A DNA stretch of 64,000 nucleotides, taken from positions 30,194,001 to 30,258,000 of the forward strand of contig OX597839.1 in assembly GCA_951406725.2 (NCBI GenBank), given 5' to 3'. A model generated the notes under the pieces. It had not been told where the DNA came from. It was given only the letters and a program-made list of their open reading frames with translations, and ran no database searches. Every line of letters starts with the position of its first letter. The first letter of the stretch is position 1. The DNA comes from Octopus vulgaris (Eukaryota). This document shows positions 38,480-50,884 of this stretch, piece after piece. A program made the position numbers and the translations under genes.

Positions 38480-39762
38480 GTTTCGTTTTTGATTTTTATT
38501 CATCCGTTTCCCTTAATCCCTTATAATATTTCGTATAATAAACTTATAACTTCCCCCGAAACTGCTGGCCTTGTGCCAAAATTTGAAAGCACCATTTTGT
38601 ATAAATGTGTTGTTGTTTTACATCGAAGTGGTGGGGCAAAATGAGTAACTTCTGATTTCTTGTTATTTTTCCCCTGTTTGTTTGAAATCATTACATTTGC
38701 AAGTATTGCATCATTATATTGTGCTCTTGCATTATTTTGAAGAGTAAATATTGGTCAGCATAATTGATGTTGAAGTTGAGAGAGTCCGAAACAGTCAGGT
38801 GGCAGGCCCACTTTTTTCAAAAACTTTTCCCTCAAATTTGGCCGATTATACTTGAGGTTGCTAATAAAATATCTGGATAATTTTTGGTGTTTAACAATCA
38901 ATATTCTTTTCTCTATTGGATTCCAAGCCAATTCCCCCCCCCCCCCACTAATATCTAGTTTGATCATTTTCAAGTTTCAAAACATGAAGTCTAAAACGGG
39001 GTAAAATGAGTAATGTCTAATTACAATAATTTCTTTTAACTGCATGGTACATGAATCTATCGGTAAGACTCTCCAGCAAATCGTGAAGACGATACAGAGA
39101 ATAGTCGATGCTGAGTTTGTTTTTCTTTTAGTCGAATTTAGTTAATTTCATATAATGTGCCGTTTTTCCCTGATCCTCTTTCATTGACCTAGATATTTAA
39201 TTTAATTTAATTTTTTTTGTTTGTTTTTTTTTGCATTTCTCATCTTTCTGATGTCTAGGGATAGGTATTGATGTGTATGAAGCTGTTTTCTGGAGAATTG
39301 AAGCGGCAAATTTACATTATCTTGTCTTACTCATTTTGCCCCAGTCAAATCCGTCTTTTATATATGTTCAAAGACAACGGCAATAATTTTTTGAAATAGT
39401 GATCAGATTGTTATAATGCATTCAGGGAAGACCATTTGCTTAGCTGATATAATTTTTGGAAGCTAGTAAACATATGCAAATAATATATTTTGTCTCAGCC
39501 AAAATGCAGTAAAAACATCTTTTGCCCCACCCCCTATATGTAGTTCATTCCATCGAAGTATATATCTTTATATAGTGACGGAAATGAGTTGGAAATCATT
39601 TAGAAGAGTGCCACCACAAACAGTTCAACAGAAAGAACTACAGATTATTTTAGGCTTAAATACTTGCATGCTTTGGTGTAGTTGAGATAACAAATGAGGT
39701 AGATGGCTGGATTGTTATATTTTTAAAATTTTATGTTATATTTCAATTTGAACATGGAACAG

Positions 39763-39825
39763 ATGCAGAAAGTATTCTAGCAGAAGAAGCTCATAAAATA
39801 CCTTGCAAACAACTTTTGAGAACAG
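39763..39825 (+). CDS. ZMAT5: ZMAT5 coding exon 2
   Basis: aacag| DAESILAEEAHKIPCKQLLRT G|gtaatt, phase-compatible. Confidence 0.92.
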
Positions 39826-40477
39826 GTAATTGTATTTTGCTCTTGCTAAATAGTATAATACTGTCTTGTATAAAATTTGTGTGTGTGAATATTCTGATCA
39901 GTAAGACACCTGCTTCTGACCCTCTCTCACACTTTACCCTATTGACACTTGGCACAAAGCTACCACTTCCCTTTAATGTAACCCTGCCAAAGGGTCTTGT
40001 CTTGCGAGTAAATACTTGTGCTATAAGGAAAGCACCCATTCTGTAAAGTGGTTGGTGTTTGGAAGGGCATTGAGCCATAGAAACCATGCCAAAACAGACG
40101 TTGGAGCTCATTGCTGTCCACTGGCTTGTCGGATCTTATGGCCAGCATGGGATACAGTCATTAAATAATAATGATGATGATTGATGATATATATATATAT
40201 GTATTAATCTCGGCTCAGGCATGGCTGTGTGGTTTCAGGTTCAGTCCCACTGCATGGCACTTTGGACAAGTTTCTTGCTATAGTGTCTGGCTGACAAAAG
40301 CCTTGTCAGTAGATTTGGTTAGACAGAAACAAGTGAAAGATGCCTGTTTTATATTTATATATCATCCTCATTGTTTAACGTCTGTTTTCCGTGCTGGCAT
40401 GGGTTGGACGGTTTGACTGCAGTCTGAAAAGCCAGTGGCTGCACCAGGCTCCAATCTGATCTGGCAATGTTTCTACA

Positions 40478-41125
40478 GCTGGGTTTTAGCTAAGTTAACC
40501 CTAAGGCCCTTCAATTCTGGTCCTTGCTTCCACACGCTAAACTTCGTCTCTAGTTCTGGCAGTGACTCAGCTATTAGAGCAAGGTCATCAGCATAGAGGA
40601 GCTCCCAGGAGCAGCTTGTCTTGAATTCCTTTGTTATTGCCTGGTGGACTATGATGAATAAGAGGGGGCTGAGGACTGATCCTTCGTGAACCCTTACTTC
40701 TACCTGAAATTCTTCACTAGTTGCCAACCCTCACCTTACTAATAGCATCCCTGTATAGGGCTTGTACAGCTCTTACCAACCACTCATCTATCCCCAGTTT
40801 CTGTATTGACCACCAGATAAGGGATCAGGGAGACTCTGTCAAAGGCTTTCTCCAAGTCAGCAAAAGACAAGTACAGAGGTTTATCTTTGGCTAGATATTT
40901 CTCCTGCAGCTGTTTTACCAGAAATATAGCATCCGTAGTGCTTCCGCAAATTGCATCTCATCTAGGCTACCTCTCTCCCTATGGACTATGACCCTCTCTG
41001 TAACTTTCATCACCTGATCCAATAATTTGATACCCCTGTAGTTATTTCTATCTAAAGCATCACCTTTACCTTTGTAGCAGTTGACTATGGTGCTACTACA
41101 CCAGTCATTGGGTATGACTCCTTCA
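40478..41125 (-). mobile_element. RTE LINE RT fragment (ZMAT5 intron 2)
   Basis: IPNDWCSSTIVNCYKGKGDALDRNNYRGIKLL; SVLSPLLFII; WELLYADDLALIAES. Confidence 0.9.
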
Positions 41126-41133
41126 TATATATA

Positions 41134-42410
41134 TACAGGGCATGGTGAATAAACTGTCATCTAAATTACACAAAATTGAAAATAACACTGACATCTCATT
41201 TTAACATATTTACCAAAATTACTTTAAAATATCTTGAAATGCTAAAGAGTAAATTTATTCAATAAAATCACCATTGGCTTCGACCATGGCATCCAGACAA
41301 CTTCGGAATTTCCTGCAACCCTTGTGGATGGTCTCCTTGTTTAAGTTGGTGAATGCTGCCATAATCCTTGCCTTCATCCTTGGTGTTACAAGGAGTTATG
41401 TTGGTCTCTCACTCAACTGCACCCTACACAAAATATTCAAGGTGTTGTTTAAGACCTGTTGAGGCAAGTGAAATCGAAATCAAATTCAATGACTGGCATC
41501 CGTGCTAGCGGAGCACAAAGAGCACCATCCAAGCATGATCGTTGCCAGAGCAGCTAACTGGCTTTCGTGCCAGTGGCACATAAAAAGCACCATTCGAGTG
41601 TGATTGTTACCAGTGTCGCCTTACTGGCTCCTGTGCAGGTGGCATGTGAAAAACACCATTTAAGTGTGGCCATGCCAATACCACCTGACTGGCCTTCATG
41701 TCGGTGGTACGTAAAAGCACCCACTACACTCTAGAGTGGTTGGAGTTAGGAAGGGCATCCAGCTGTAGAAACTCTGCCAGATCAAGATTGGAGCCTGATG
41801 CAGCCACCTGGTTCGCCAGTCCTCTGTCAAATCGTCCAACCCATGCTAGCATGGAAAGCAGATGTTAAACGATGATGATGATGTTGCAGTGTGGGGAGTT
41901 ATATGGCCAGATGTTAGGGATGATGTGGTCACAGAAATTGTCTGACAGCCATGACTGGGGTCCCCTGCTTGTGTGGCATAGTACAAAGTCCTGTTGCTTG
42001 ACATAAAGTCTTCCAGCAGCCACCCTCTTGACCCAGGGCAGCACTACCTCCTCCAGGCACTTGATGTAGGCCTCTGTGTTGAGTTTGAAGCTGTGTGGGA
42101 AGATGAATGGAGGCATAATGTCACCATCATTAGTGATCACTCCAAACACCATGATGTTGACTGGATGTTTGATTTTTGTCACTCTCAGCACATGTCCTCA
42201 GATTGAAACCCAAACACTCTGAAATGTTTGTATTAGAGCTTCCAGCGCAAATGCCAAGCAATACAGCATGTCGTTTCCAATTTTCTAGCAGAGGGAATTG
42301 TGTCATGGTGCTATATTTCTCACAGATGGTGCCCAACTGACCCTACTATGCTGTGTAGTTGACAAAATCAAAAACAAACAGTGCACATGCGTTAAATTAA
42401 AATATATATA
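41134..42410 (-). mobile_element. Tc1/mariner (maT/DD37D-like) transposon remnant, interrupted by an RTE-tail element
   Basis: KHPVNIMVFGVITNDGDIMPPFIF...YVKQQD...WLSDNF...IWPYNSPHCN. Confidence 0.78.
41460..41884 (+). mobile_element. RTE-3'-tail element with ~4 tandem modules, nested in the Tc1 remnant
   Basis: Repeated aaaagcacc modules, aggaagggcatccagc, gttaaacgatgatgat. Confidence 0.82.
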
Positions 42411-42691
42411 TACAATACATGTATAGCATCATAGTTTTACATTTCTTTTCCATATATGTATGTATGTTAGTGTGTGTATTTGTGTCTCCTTGTCTTGACA
42501 TCATCCTACCTTCATTGTCAGCAAACATAAGCATCCTACAGGCTATATCGTTAATTTGTAATTTTCCATTAATCCATTCCTGACCATTGTTTGAAGGAGT
42601 AAGGAAAATTAAAAAGACCATAGTAAGCATGCTGTAAAGAAGCTAAACAAGACTTTATTTTTATTTTTGTTTTACTTTGTTTTTCTTTTAG

Positions 42692-42766
42692 GAACATGCA
42701 ATTTTGGCCCAAACTGTCGATTTTCTCATTTAACTGCTGATACACGCTTAGAGTTGGAAATGGAGA
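42692..42766 (+). CDS. ZMAT5: ZMAT5 coding exon 3 (CCCH zinc finger)
   Basis: ttttag| GTCNFGPNCRFSHLTADTRLELEME A|gtaagt. Confidence 0.95.
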
Positions 42767-43535
42767 GTAAGTGTAACCTTGTGATATTCTTCAGATGCTT
42801 GCAGATGGCAGAATAATTGGTATCAGAGAAAGAAAAGAAACCTTGCAATATTTTATTCCATCCCTTTGCAAAGTAGCAAGCTGGCAAAATCATTTCATTA
42901 ACTGGCATTTTCCTTGGTGTTCTAATATTTCTGCCAGAATAATCCTTTCTTCTGTAGGCATTAGGCCTGAAATTTTGTGGGGAAAAGGATAGAGCCAATT
43001 AGACCCTAGTACTTCATTGGTACTTTATTTTATCAATCTGAAAAGGATGAAAGGCAAAGTTGACCCCAGTGAAAATTGAACTCCCAACATAAAGGCAGAC
43101 AAAATTCCACTAAGCATTTTGACCAGTATGCTAACGATTCTGCCAGCTCACTACTAATGATTATAGTAACTGGGTGTTAAGTATCATGGAAAGAGATTCT
43201 GTGATCTTTGACAAGAGGTTGCAGTCCACTCTTACAGAATTAATCCAAACAAGTAAAATTGAAAGCTCTGAGAAGTAAAATAGGAAATAATAATAATAAT
43301 AATTTCTTACATAAGCACTAGATCAGTAATTTGGGGTTATAGGGAACAGTCAATTACATCGACCCCCAGTACTTGAATGGTATTTTATTTCATCAACCCC
43401 AGAGGGAGAAAGGTAAGGTCCACCTTGGTGGGGTGTCATTTCAGAATGTAAAAAGTCGTAGCTAAAAACTGCCTCATGTTTTTCCCTTTACTCTACCAAT
43501 AATAATAATATGTGCAACGTTTTTGTTTCCAAATT

Positions 43536-43756
43536 TTAACCCTTCAGTATCTAAACCAGCTGTATTTGGGCAAAATAGTCTCCCTGTTTTATGGCCAGAT
43601 CCAACCTCTCACACCTACCCTACAATGTTAGTCTAAAAAAATATATAGGAACATAATTGAAATGTCAAGGCTACAAGATGATGCAGAATAAATTCAAAAC
43701 AATGTGAATAAATAAGCATTACATTTGATAGAGTTATTTCAATGCTAAAGGATTAA
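43536..43756. mobile_element. piggyBac-like MITE (TTAA-flanked)
   Basis: ttaa-ccctt...aagga-ttaa; homologous copy at 61427-61770. Confidence 0.65.
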
Positions 43757-43857
43757 AGAATTTTGGGTAATTAAAAAAATTTTTTTAATTTCTTTTTTCA
43801 TTTTAAAAATTTGGTGATCAAACAATGTCCTTATTTTCTCTTATTTCCCATTTACAG

Positions 43858-44102
43858 TTTGGGCAAAGAAAGAAGAAGCGAAACAGAAACTTCTAGAACG
43901 AAAGAGATCAGCAATTGCTCCTACTTTTGAAGATTGGTTAGAGAAAAGGGCCAAACGCCCAAAGAAAAAAGTACTGCCAACAATGGCCCTTCCTGAGTGG
44001 ACTCTACCCCCTCAACTACTCTACTTACCTTCAATCCCATTATCATTACAGCCTCCCCAAGTGGAAGATTTTAAGAGCATACCTCGCATAGACTGGGGTT
44101 GA
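43858..44102 (+). CDS. ZMAT5: ZMAT5 terminal coding exon
   Basis: tttacag| IWAKKEE...FEDWLEKRAKR...LSLQPP...RIDWG* (human EDWLEKRAKR...QWG); total CDS 510 nt, 169 aa. Confidence 0.95.
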
Positions 44103-46204
44103 GTGCATGGATTGTGTGTATATATATATATGGGGATGACATCATGTATATAGCAATGTGTGTGTGTGTGGATTGTATATTATATATGGCTGTGTAGGGG
44201 TTTTTTTTGTGATGGAATCTGTATCAACTGAGTAAAGATTAAATCCACTGCTGACATATTAGTAAGTCTTGTCTTCTGTCTATTCTTCAATGAGAAATCT
44301 ATTTGGTTTCTCCTGTGTATCAATTATTTGTTAGTTTTTCTCAACCAGAGGGATTTTTCAGTTGATCTATCAAGAGACAGAGAAAATGTAGTCGTGATGT
44401 TCATACCTTTCCCTTTGAGTGTTAATGATGTAAAGTGAATTCATAGAGTTATAGCTGGGTGGTTAAGGAGTTTGTTTGCAACTCTGGGTTTCTGGGTTTG
44501 ATTCCACGTTGGACAAGTTTCTTCTGTCATAGACTTGCATTGAGCAGAACTTTAAAAGTGGGATTTAGTAGACAAGAACCATGTAGAAGCTGCCCATTAA
44601 ACATATTCACACAGACATACATTCACATAAATGTAGGATAGATGTAGAAGCATAGCTGTTTGGGTTAGAAATTTGCTTCTCAACCACATGGCTTTGGGTT
44701 CAATCCCAGTGTGTGGCGCTTTGGGAAAGTGTCTTCTACCTAAGCTCCAGGGCTATCAAACCTTTGTGATTTGGTCTAATTGGTGGAAACTGAAAGAAGC
44801 CTGTCATGTGTGTATAAGTGTGTGAATATGTGTATGCTTGTACCTCCTTGTGCTGACATTTAGTGAATGCTGTTGATGAACGTCTTTCAATTCCAATATT
44901 CTGCAAAAACATGTCTGGCCATGGAGAAACATTAAGACTGGCTGTAGAAAATCTGCCTTGGTGAACTCCATCCAATCTACACAAGCTTGGAATGAGTGGA
45001 CATTTAAAATGATGATGATGTCCAGTCCACTGTATGTGTTTGTGTGTATTTGCACAAATGCAGGCATTTATATTTTTAGTTCCTCACGTTTTTTGTCCTC
45101 AGACCTTTTCACTCTTTCGTATACCAAAAATATAAGTGCTTCCACCATCACATGCTTTGGGACTTTGCACACACACACACACACATGTAACACCATTGTA
45201 TATCTGTTCACCCCCCCCCCCCCCCACACTGGCCTACACCAATTACACACAAAGTCAAAGGAGTCTCCTACATCCACATACAGTCACACTGTCCGCCTAA
45301 CAATTACACACATCTCCCCCACCCCACTCAAACTAACCAATGCTACATTTTCACACTTCCCAGTACACCCCCCCCCCCACACACACATACATATCCTCCT
45401 CCTCCTCCACCACCCTTACTAGCTGCACAAACACTGACTTATACACCTACACATCTACCCCATCCCCCTTATTGACTTCCCTTTCCACATTATAACAGCA
45501 TTCACCCTTGGCTTTTAGCGCTTTTCTTTCCTCCTCTCCCCTTCTTTAATTAATTAACAGACATTTTTAATATTCTCTTTTTTTTTTCTCTCCTCCTCCT
45601 CTTCTTTCTCTCTTGCTGTCTCACTCTCCCCCCTCCTTCTCTGTTATATTTTTGAAGAAGGTCTACTCTCTGAAACCTCCTCCATATTCACATCAAGCAT
45701 TGAACAAATACCTTATTTGCTCTGTTTTTTCCTTCTTTCTTTTTAACTGACATGAGTGTGCACGAACACCTATGCATGAATGTGTGTATATATTATCTAG
45801 GGTATTTTGTGTGTTTATATATATATATAAATAATATCAAACACCCATAGACAAGGTATGTGTATTGCCAGTCCATGCGTAGGCACGAGAGAAAATGTTC
45901 TCATCAATTCGCCTACAAGTGTAAAAACGCGTACAAGTCACAAACGAGCAAGACAACGGACACCAGGTTGTGCTGCATTAAACTGTTCATCGATCTCTCT
46001 ATCCGTCTATCTGTGCTTGTGTGTATGTATTCATTTATGTTTGCAATTGTATCTCTATGAAGATTGAAACTATAAAGGGAGATAAACTTCTTTCGTGTTA
46101 GATTCAGTTAATTCCCCTGCCTCAATAATTTCTCCAACAGACGGGCGACGGTTTTAACTGTTTCTTTTGTACTCAAGATGGCTGCAGGTTTATATATATA
46201 TATA

Positions 46205-46520
46205 GACCGTCTTCAGTCATAAATGATCATGGGATTGCACCCCTAGAAAGTTCCCCTCTTAGACACAAGGTTGTTTATGGAAGACCAGCAGTCGCCCATG
46301 CATACCAACCTCCCTTCTCTATGCCACCAATGTTATCCAAGACAAAGGCCGATACAGCTTGGCACCAGTGATGTTGCAACTTATTTTTCTACAGCTGAGT
46401 GAACTTGAGCAATGTGAAATAAATATATCTTGCTCAAAGACGCAACACACTTCCTGGTCCAGGAATCGAACTCACTACCTCATGATTGTGAGTCCAAGCT
46501 CCAACCACTGAGCCATGCAC
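46205..46520 (-). mobile_element. tRNA-derived CORE-type SINE
   Basis: Minus strand gcatggctcagtggtt...gttcgattcct...gtgttgcgtctttgagcaaga. Confidence 0.75.
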
Positions 46521-47179
46521 TTTCACAATAAAAAAAAACATTGGCAGTTTCATATATATGAAATTATGTGATTCTTAAAACTCTAAAGACATGCTGAAAC
46601 ATTATCAAATCATTATAGTAACATACTAAGAAATATTAACTTAATTTTAAAAATTGAAAACTATTTTAGAATTTTAGCAAAATGAAAAGTATGATATATT
46701 TAAAAATAGGAAATAAAGCAAAAAATAGGTTCTGCTATTACTCAATTCAATAAAGTCTCTAAGAAATTAAAACACAGATTGGTAAAATATAAAATTTTAG
46801 CAACAAAACCAAACTTTTTAATATTAAATGTTTATGTTAAAAATATAGTAAATTTTTTTGTAAGGAAAGAAATTGTAATATAAAGCAAAATGTTAAACTA
46901 AAATTCAGGTTTAAATATTACAGAGAGTTCTAGGTCAAACTAAAAGCTATGTAAAATCTTATCTTTTTTAAAGAAACTTTATATTTTCATCCAAATAAAT
47001 AAAATATTTTATTGTACAAATTTTTCATATAACTTTGCTTTTAATTTAACTTTTATCCTAAATTTTTTGTTTTAATTTTTTTCAGAGCTTTTTACTCCAA
47101 GTGGGCCTTGACAGTTACCTTACACGTGCCTTATCTTTTGTTCACATATTTGTTTTGTCCACTGCACTTCAAATAATTT

Positions 47180-49110
47180 GCAAAGAAACAGAAGTATCTT
47201 GAATATATTCCATTTGGATTCGTGTCCCTCCAAAAGGGCGACACAGAAGTCCCCCAGTCTGTGATATGTTACAAAACTTTGAGTAATGATAGAATGCAAC
47301 CCTCACTCTTGGAACACCACTTGAGGACAACACATCCTGCTCTTGCAGACAAACCCAAGATGGTAGTGGAGCATTTTGGCAACAAACTTCAATGGTAGTT
47401 GAGGCTTCCTCTGAGATTGCCATGTTGATTGCAAAAAGCAAGAAGAGCCATAACATCAGAGAATCTCTAAATAAAACCAAGTCTACTCCATGCAGCAGAA
47501 CTCGTTCTGGGGAAAAGACAGTGCAAACAAGCTTTCCCAGATTTCACTATCAAATGATACAGTCAAGGGAAGGATCGACAACTTAACTCAAGACATCAAA
47601 GATCAAATTCTCAACCAAGTAAGAGATTTTCCTGTTTTTGCCATCCAATGTGACGAAACGACTGACATCGCTCAGTGTTCTCAGCTTCTGGTATTTGCTT
47701 GATTTGTGCCAGGCAACTGTGTAAAAGAGGAAATGTTGTTCTGTCAGCCTATGGATAGTTGTACAACAGCAGCAGCTATTTTTTGTGATGTATCAAGCTT
47801 CTTTCAGGGAAACTAACTTTTGTGGGATTTGCTGGTAGGGGTGTGCACTGATGGAGTTCCAGCCATGCTTGGTCTGCAGCCTGGATTCATTACTAGAGTG
47901 AAAGAAAAAAAATCCATCTGTTGTAGGTACACACTGCATACTTCATCGTGAAGCCTCAGCATCCAGAACCTTCCCTACTGAAATGAGAAATGTTGTCAAC
48001 TTTGTTAAAGGTGGAGCCTTAAACAGTTGTCTTTTCAAACGGTTGGGTAAAGATATGGAATCTGAACATGAGGCATTGCTGTTTTACATGAGCATACGAT
48101 GGCTATCAAAGGGGAACATGCTTGGACAGCTTTATGAACTATGAGAAGAAGTAGCAATATTTCTAGATTTGCAGCAGAAGGCAGATCTCCATGACAATTT
48201 CCAATCTGAAGACTTTCATGTATCTGTAGCTTACCTGGTGGACATCTTCAAAGTGTTGAATGCTCTCAACCTTAAACTGCAAGGGGAAAAGCATTGACAT
48301 TCTCACACACCACAACACCATTTTAACCTTCATGGCCAAACTCAAGCTCTGGAAATGTCAAATTCAGCAGGGAAATACAACCAGTTTTAGCTACTTAGAT
48401 TCTGCTTTCACGGTAACCTTGATTCTGAGTTAAAGAAACAAATAATCACCCATCAAACTGACTTGAAAACAGAATTCATCAGATACTTCCCAGATATAGA
48501 TGAAAAGCACAAAGCTTGGAAATTCATCAGGAACCTGTTTCAATGTAAAATCCCTGATGTTTTGGATGAAGTACAAGAGGAGTTTTTTGAGCTGAAGTTC
48601 AACTCCCAGGCTAAGGAAGACTTCAAAGAACTGGATCTTGAAACGTTCTGGATCAAGTACCTTCCTGTTTACCTTTTGATCTCACATTGGGCTCTTTGGA
48701 TTTTAGCTATGTTTGGATCCACATATCTTCATGAAGCTGCATTTTCCATGCTTGTTGCTGTCAAGACCAAGTACAGAAACAGGTTGAACATTGAAAGGCA
48801 CTTATGTTGTGCATTCTCTGGCATTCAAGATCTTGTAGCTACAAAGCAGTGTCAAGTGTCACACTAATAATGTGACGAATTCATTTTCAAAAAAAATTTT
48901 TTTTTTTGCTAAGAAGCAGTGTCAATTATCTCACATTTTGTATAATGTGACTAATTCCTACTCAATAGAAAGACTAAAATCATATTTTAGATTTTATTTA
49001 AAATCTGGTGGGGAATTTTATTCATAGATGCAAGTGGGGGGGGGGTGCATGGAGAGAAGGACAAATTCCTAGGGGAGGAAGTGTGGTAGTAAAAAGGTTA
49101 AGAACCACTG
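47180..49110 (+). mobile_element. Degenerate hAT (Buster/Charlie, ZBED8/FAM200-like) transposon
   Basis: ISLSNDTVKGRI...FAIQCDETTDIAQCSQLLVF; RWLSKG; C-terminal MFGSTYLHEAAFS...KTKYRNRLN; 3' TIR ggttaagaaccactg followed by gtttagat (NNNTANNN). Confidence 0.88.
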
Positions 49111-50037
49111 GTTTAGATTGGTTTTTTTAATTCAACTCAATGAACCTTGCTTCCAAGTTGGCATCAAATGGGAAACAGCAAATATGTATGTTCAGTTAGA
49201 ATACTTTTTTTTTTCTCCTGTGTTTTTCACTTTAGATATCAAATTTGTCTTTTTCAGTTGTGCACTTTATTATTCCGGTTCTCTTAGTTTAAAATAAATA
49301 AAGCCACTTTGTGTATGTGTGTATATATAAATACACACACACTTATGTAACTATCTAAGCTCCACCACCACCACACACAGGCACGTGTATCTATGTACCT
49401 GTATGGCTCATAGTATCAACTTTATACCGGGTTAAGTTTAGTTATATCTCTTCGTATACAAAAAAGAATTTTTCTTATCCTGAATTTCAAAAATTTTTTC
49501 TGTATTTCAGGCATCATGAGTATGTCAGCCATTCTCTTCCTCCTTCCCCCCTCTCTCTCTCTCTCTCTCTCTCTATATATCTCTATATATATATATATAT
49601 AACCGTTCTAGACTTTAGTCCCTGAAAAGCAATTTCGTCCCAATAGCCATCAGTTTTGAAACTTTGCTTTCTCTGTGTATTTATAAAATGTTTTACTTTT
49701 AGAAGCACAACACATTTGAGTCCTTTCATGCCTCAGTGGGCTTTTTTAACCTCTGGATTAAAGCAGTCATAATGTATTATATACACACATTTGTATATAT
49801 CTATTAATGCTTGTATACACATATATGGGCAGACAAAAATAAACCAAGTGACTCAGCAGTTATCTTGTTAAGATAAAAGAGCAGCTAAAAATGACTGACA
49901 AAAAGTATATTTAGGTAGTAAAAACAGTGTGTAACTCGTACTTTGCTATGGGATTGGTAATATATTCACTCTGTTAATGAAAGATACAAGGTTCAATTTC
50001 AGTCAGGAATTCTGTTGCTCTTTTCTATCTCAAATAG

Positions 50038-50340
50038 AGATGGCTCAATGGTTAAGATATTTGACCATAATCATAAAGTCATCAGTTCGATTCCTGGTTG
50101 TGTGTTGTGTCCTTGAGCAAGACACTTTATTTCAAGTTGCTCCAGTCCACTCAACTGATAAAAATGAGTGGTACCTGTAATTCAGAAGGGGCCAGCCTTG
50201 TCACATTCTGTGTCCCACACTGAATCTCTCTGAGAACTACGTAAAGAGTACACATGTCTGTGGGGTGCTCAGCCACTTGCACGTTAATTTCACAAGGAAG
50301 CCATTCCGTTGATTGGATCAACCGGAACCAACAGACCATC
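50038..50340 (+). mobile_element. tRNA-derived CORE-type SINE
   Basis: tggctcaatggtta (A box), gttcgattcc (B box), gtgttgtgtccttgagcaagacactt. Confidence 0.78.
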
Positions 50341-50775
50341 AATCACATTGAAAATCTTAATCGTTAATTCATTCTTTTCTTGTTTTCTTACAGCTGTGAA
50401 CTGAACCACGCAATTTATCTGCTTAGAGATCAGCTGAGACACGCCATTTTAGAACTGAAATAACATGTGTGTTTTTCGCTACATGTTCTCTCTCTATCAT
50501 GTAAGTTAATAATAGAAACGCAGTGAGTCAGTTTGTCTTCAATGACACAAATCATTTATTGTTAACAGGAACAACAATATTTTCAGAACTTGTTTGCTTT
50601 CTTTTCAATTGACTCAGATTACACACCAATGACTTTGTAAGCAATTATCTTTCACTGACGAAGGCTCAACATCACTGAAATGTCAAAGCAACTATTGTCA
50701 GCCTTGTACATGATTTATAATCATACATACATGTATGTGTATATGTTTGTATGTGTATGTGTGTGTGTGTGTATC

Positions 50776-50812
<37 letters not shown>

Positions 50813-50853
50813 ATATATATATATATATATGTATATGTATATGTATATATATG

Positions 50854-50884
<31 letters not shown>

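Noticed and set aside
38480-43857. U12-type introns in ZMAT5, a minor-spliceosome component
   Set aside because: Donors are gtttcg, gtaatt and gtaagt; none matches the U12 consensus RTATCCTT
47180-48867. Domesticated ZBED/FAM200-like gene
   Set aside because: Multiple stops and frameshifts with a retained TIR indicate a dead transposon
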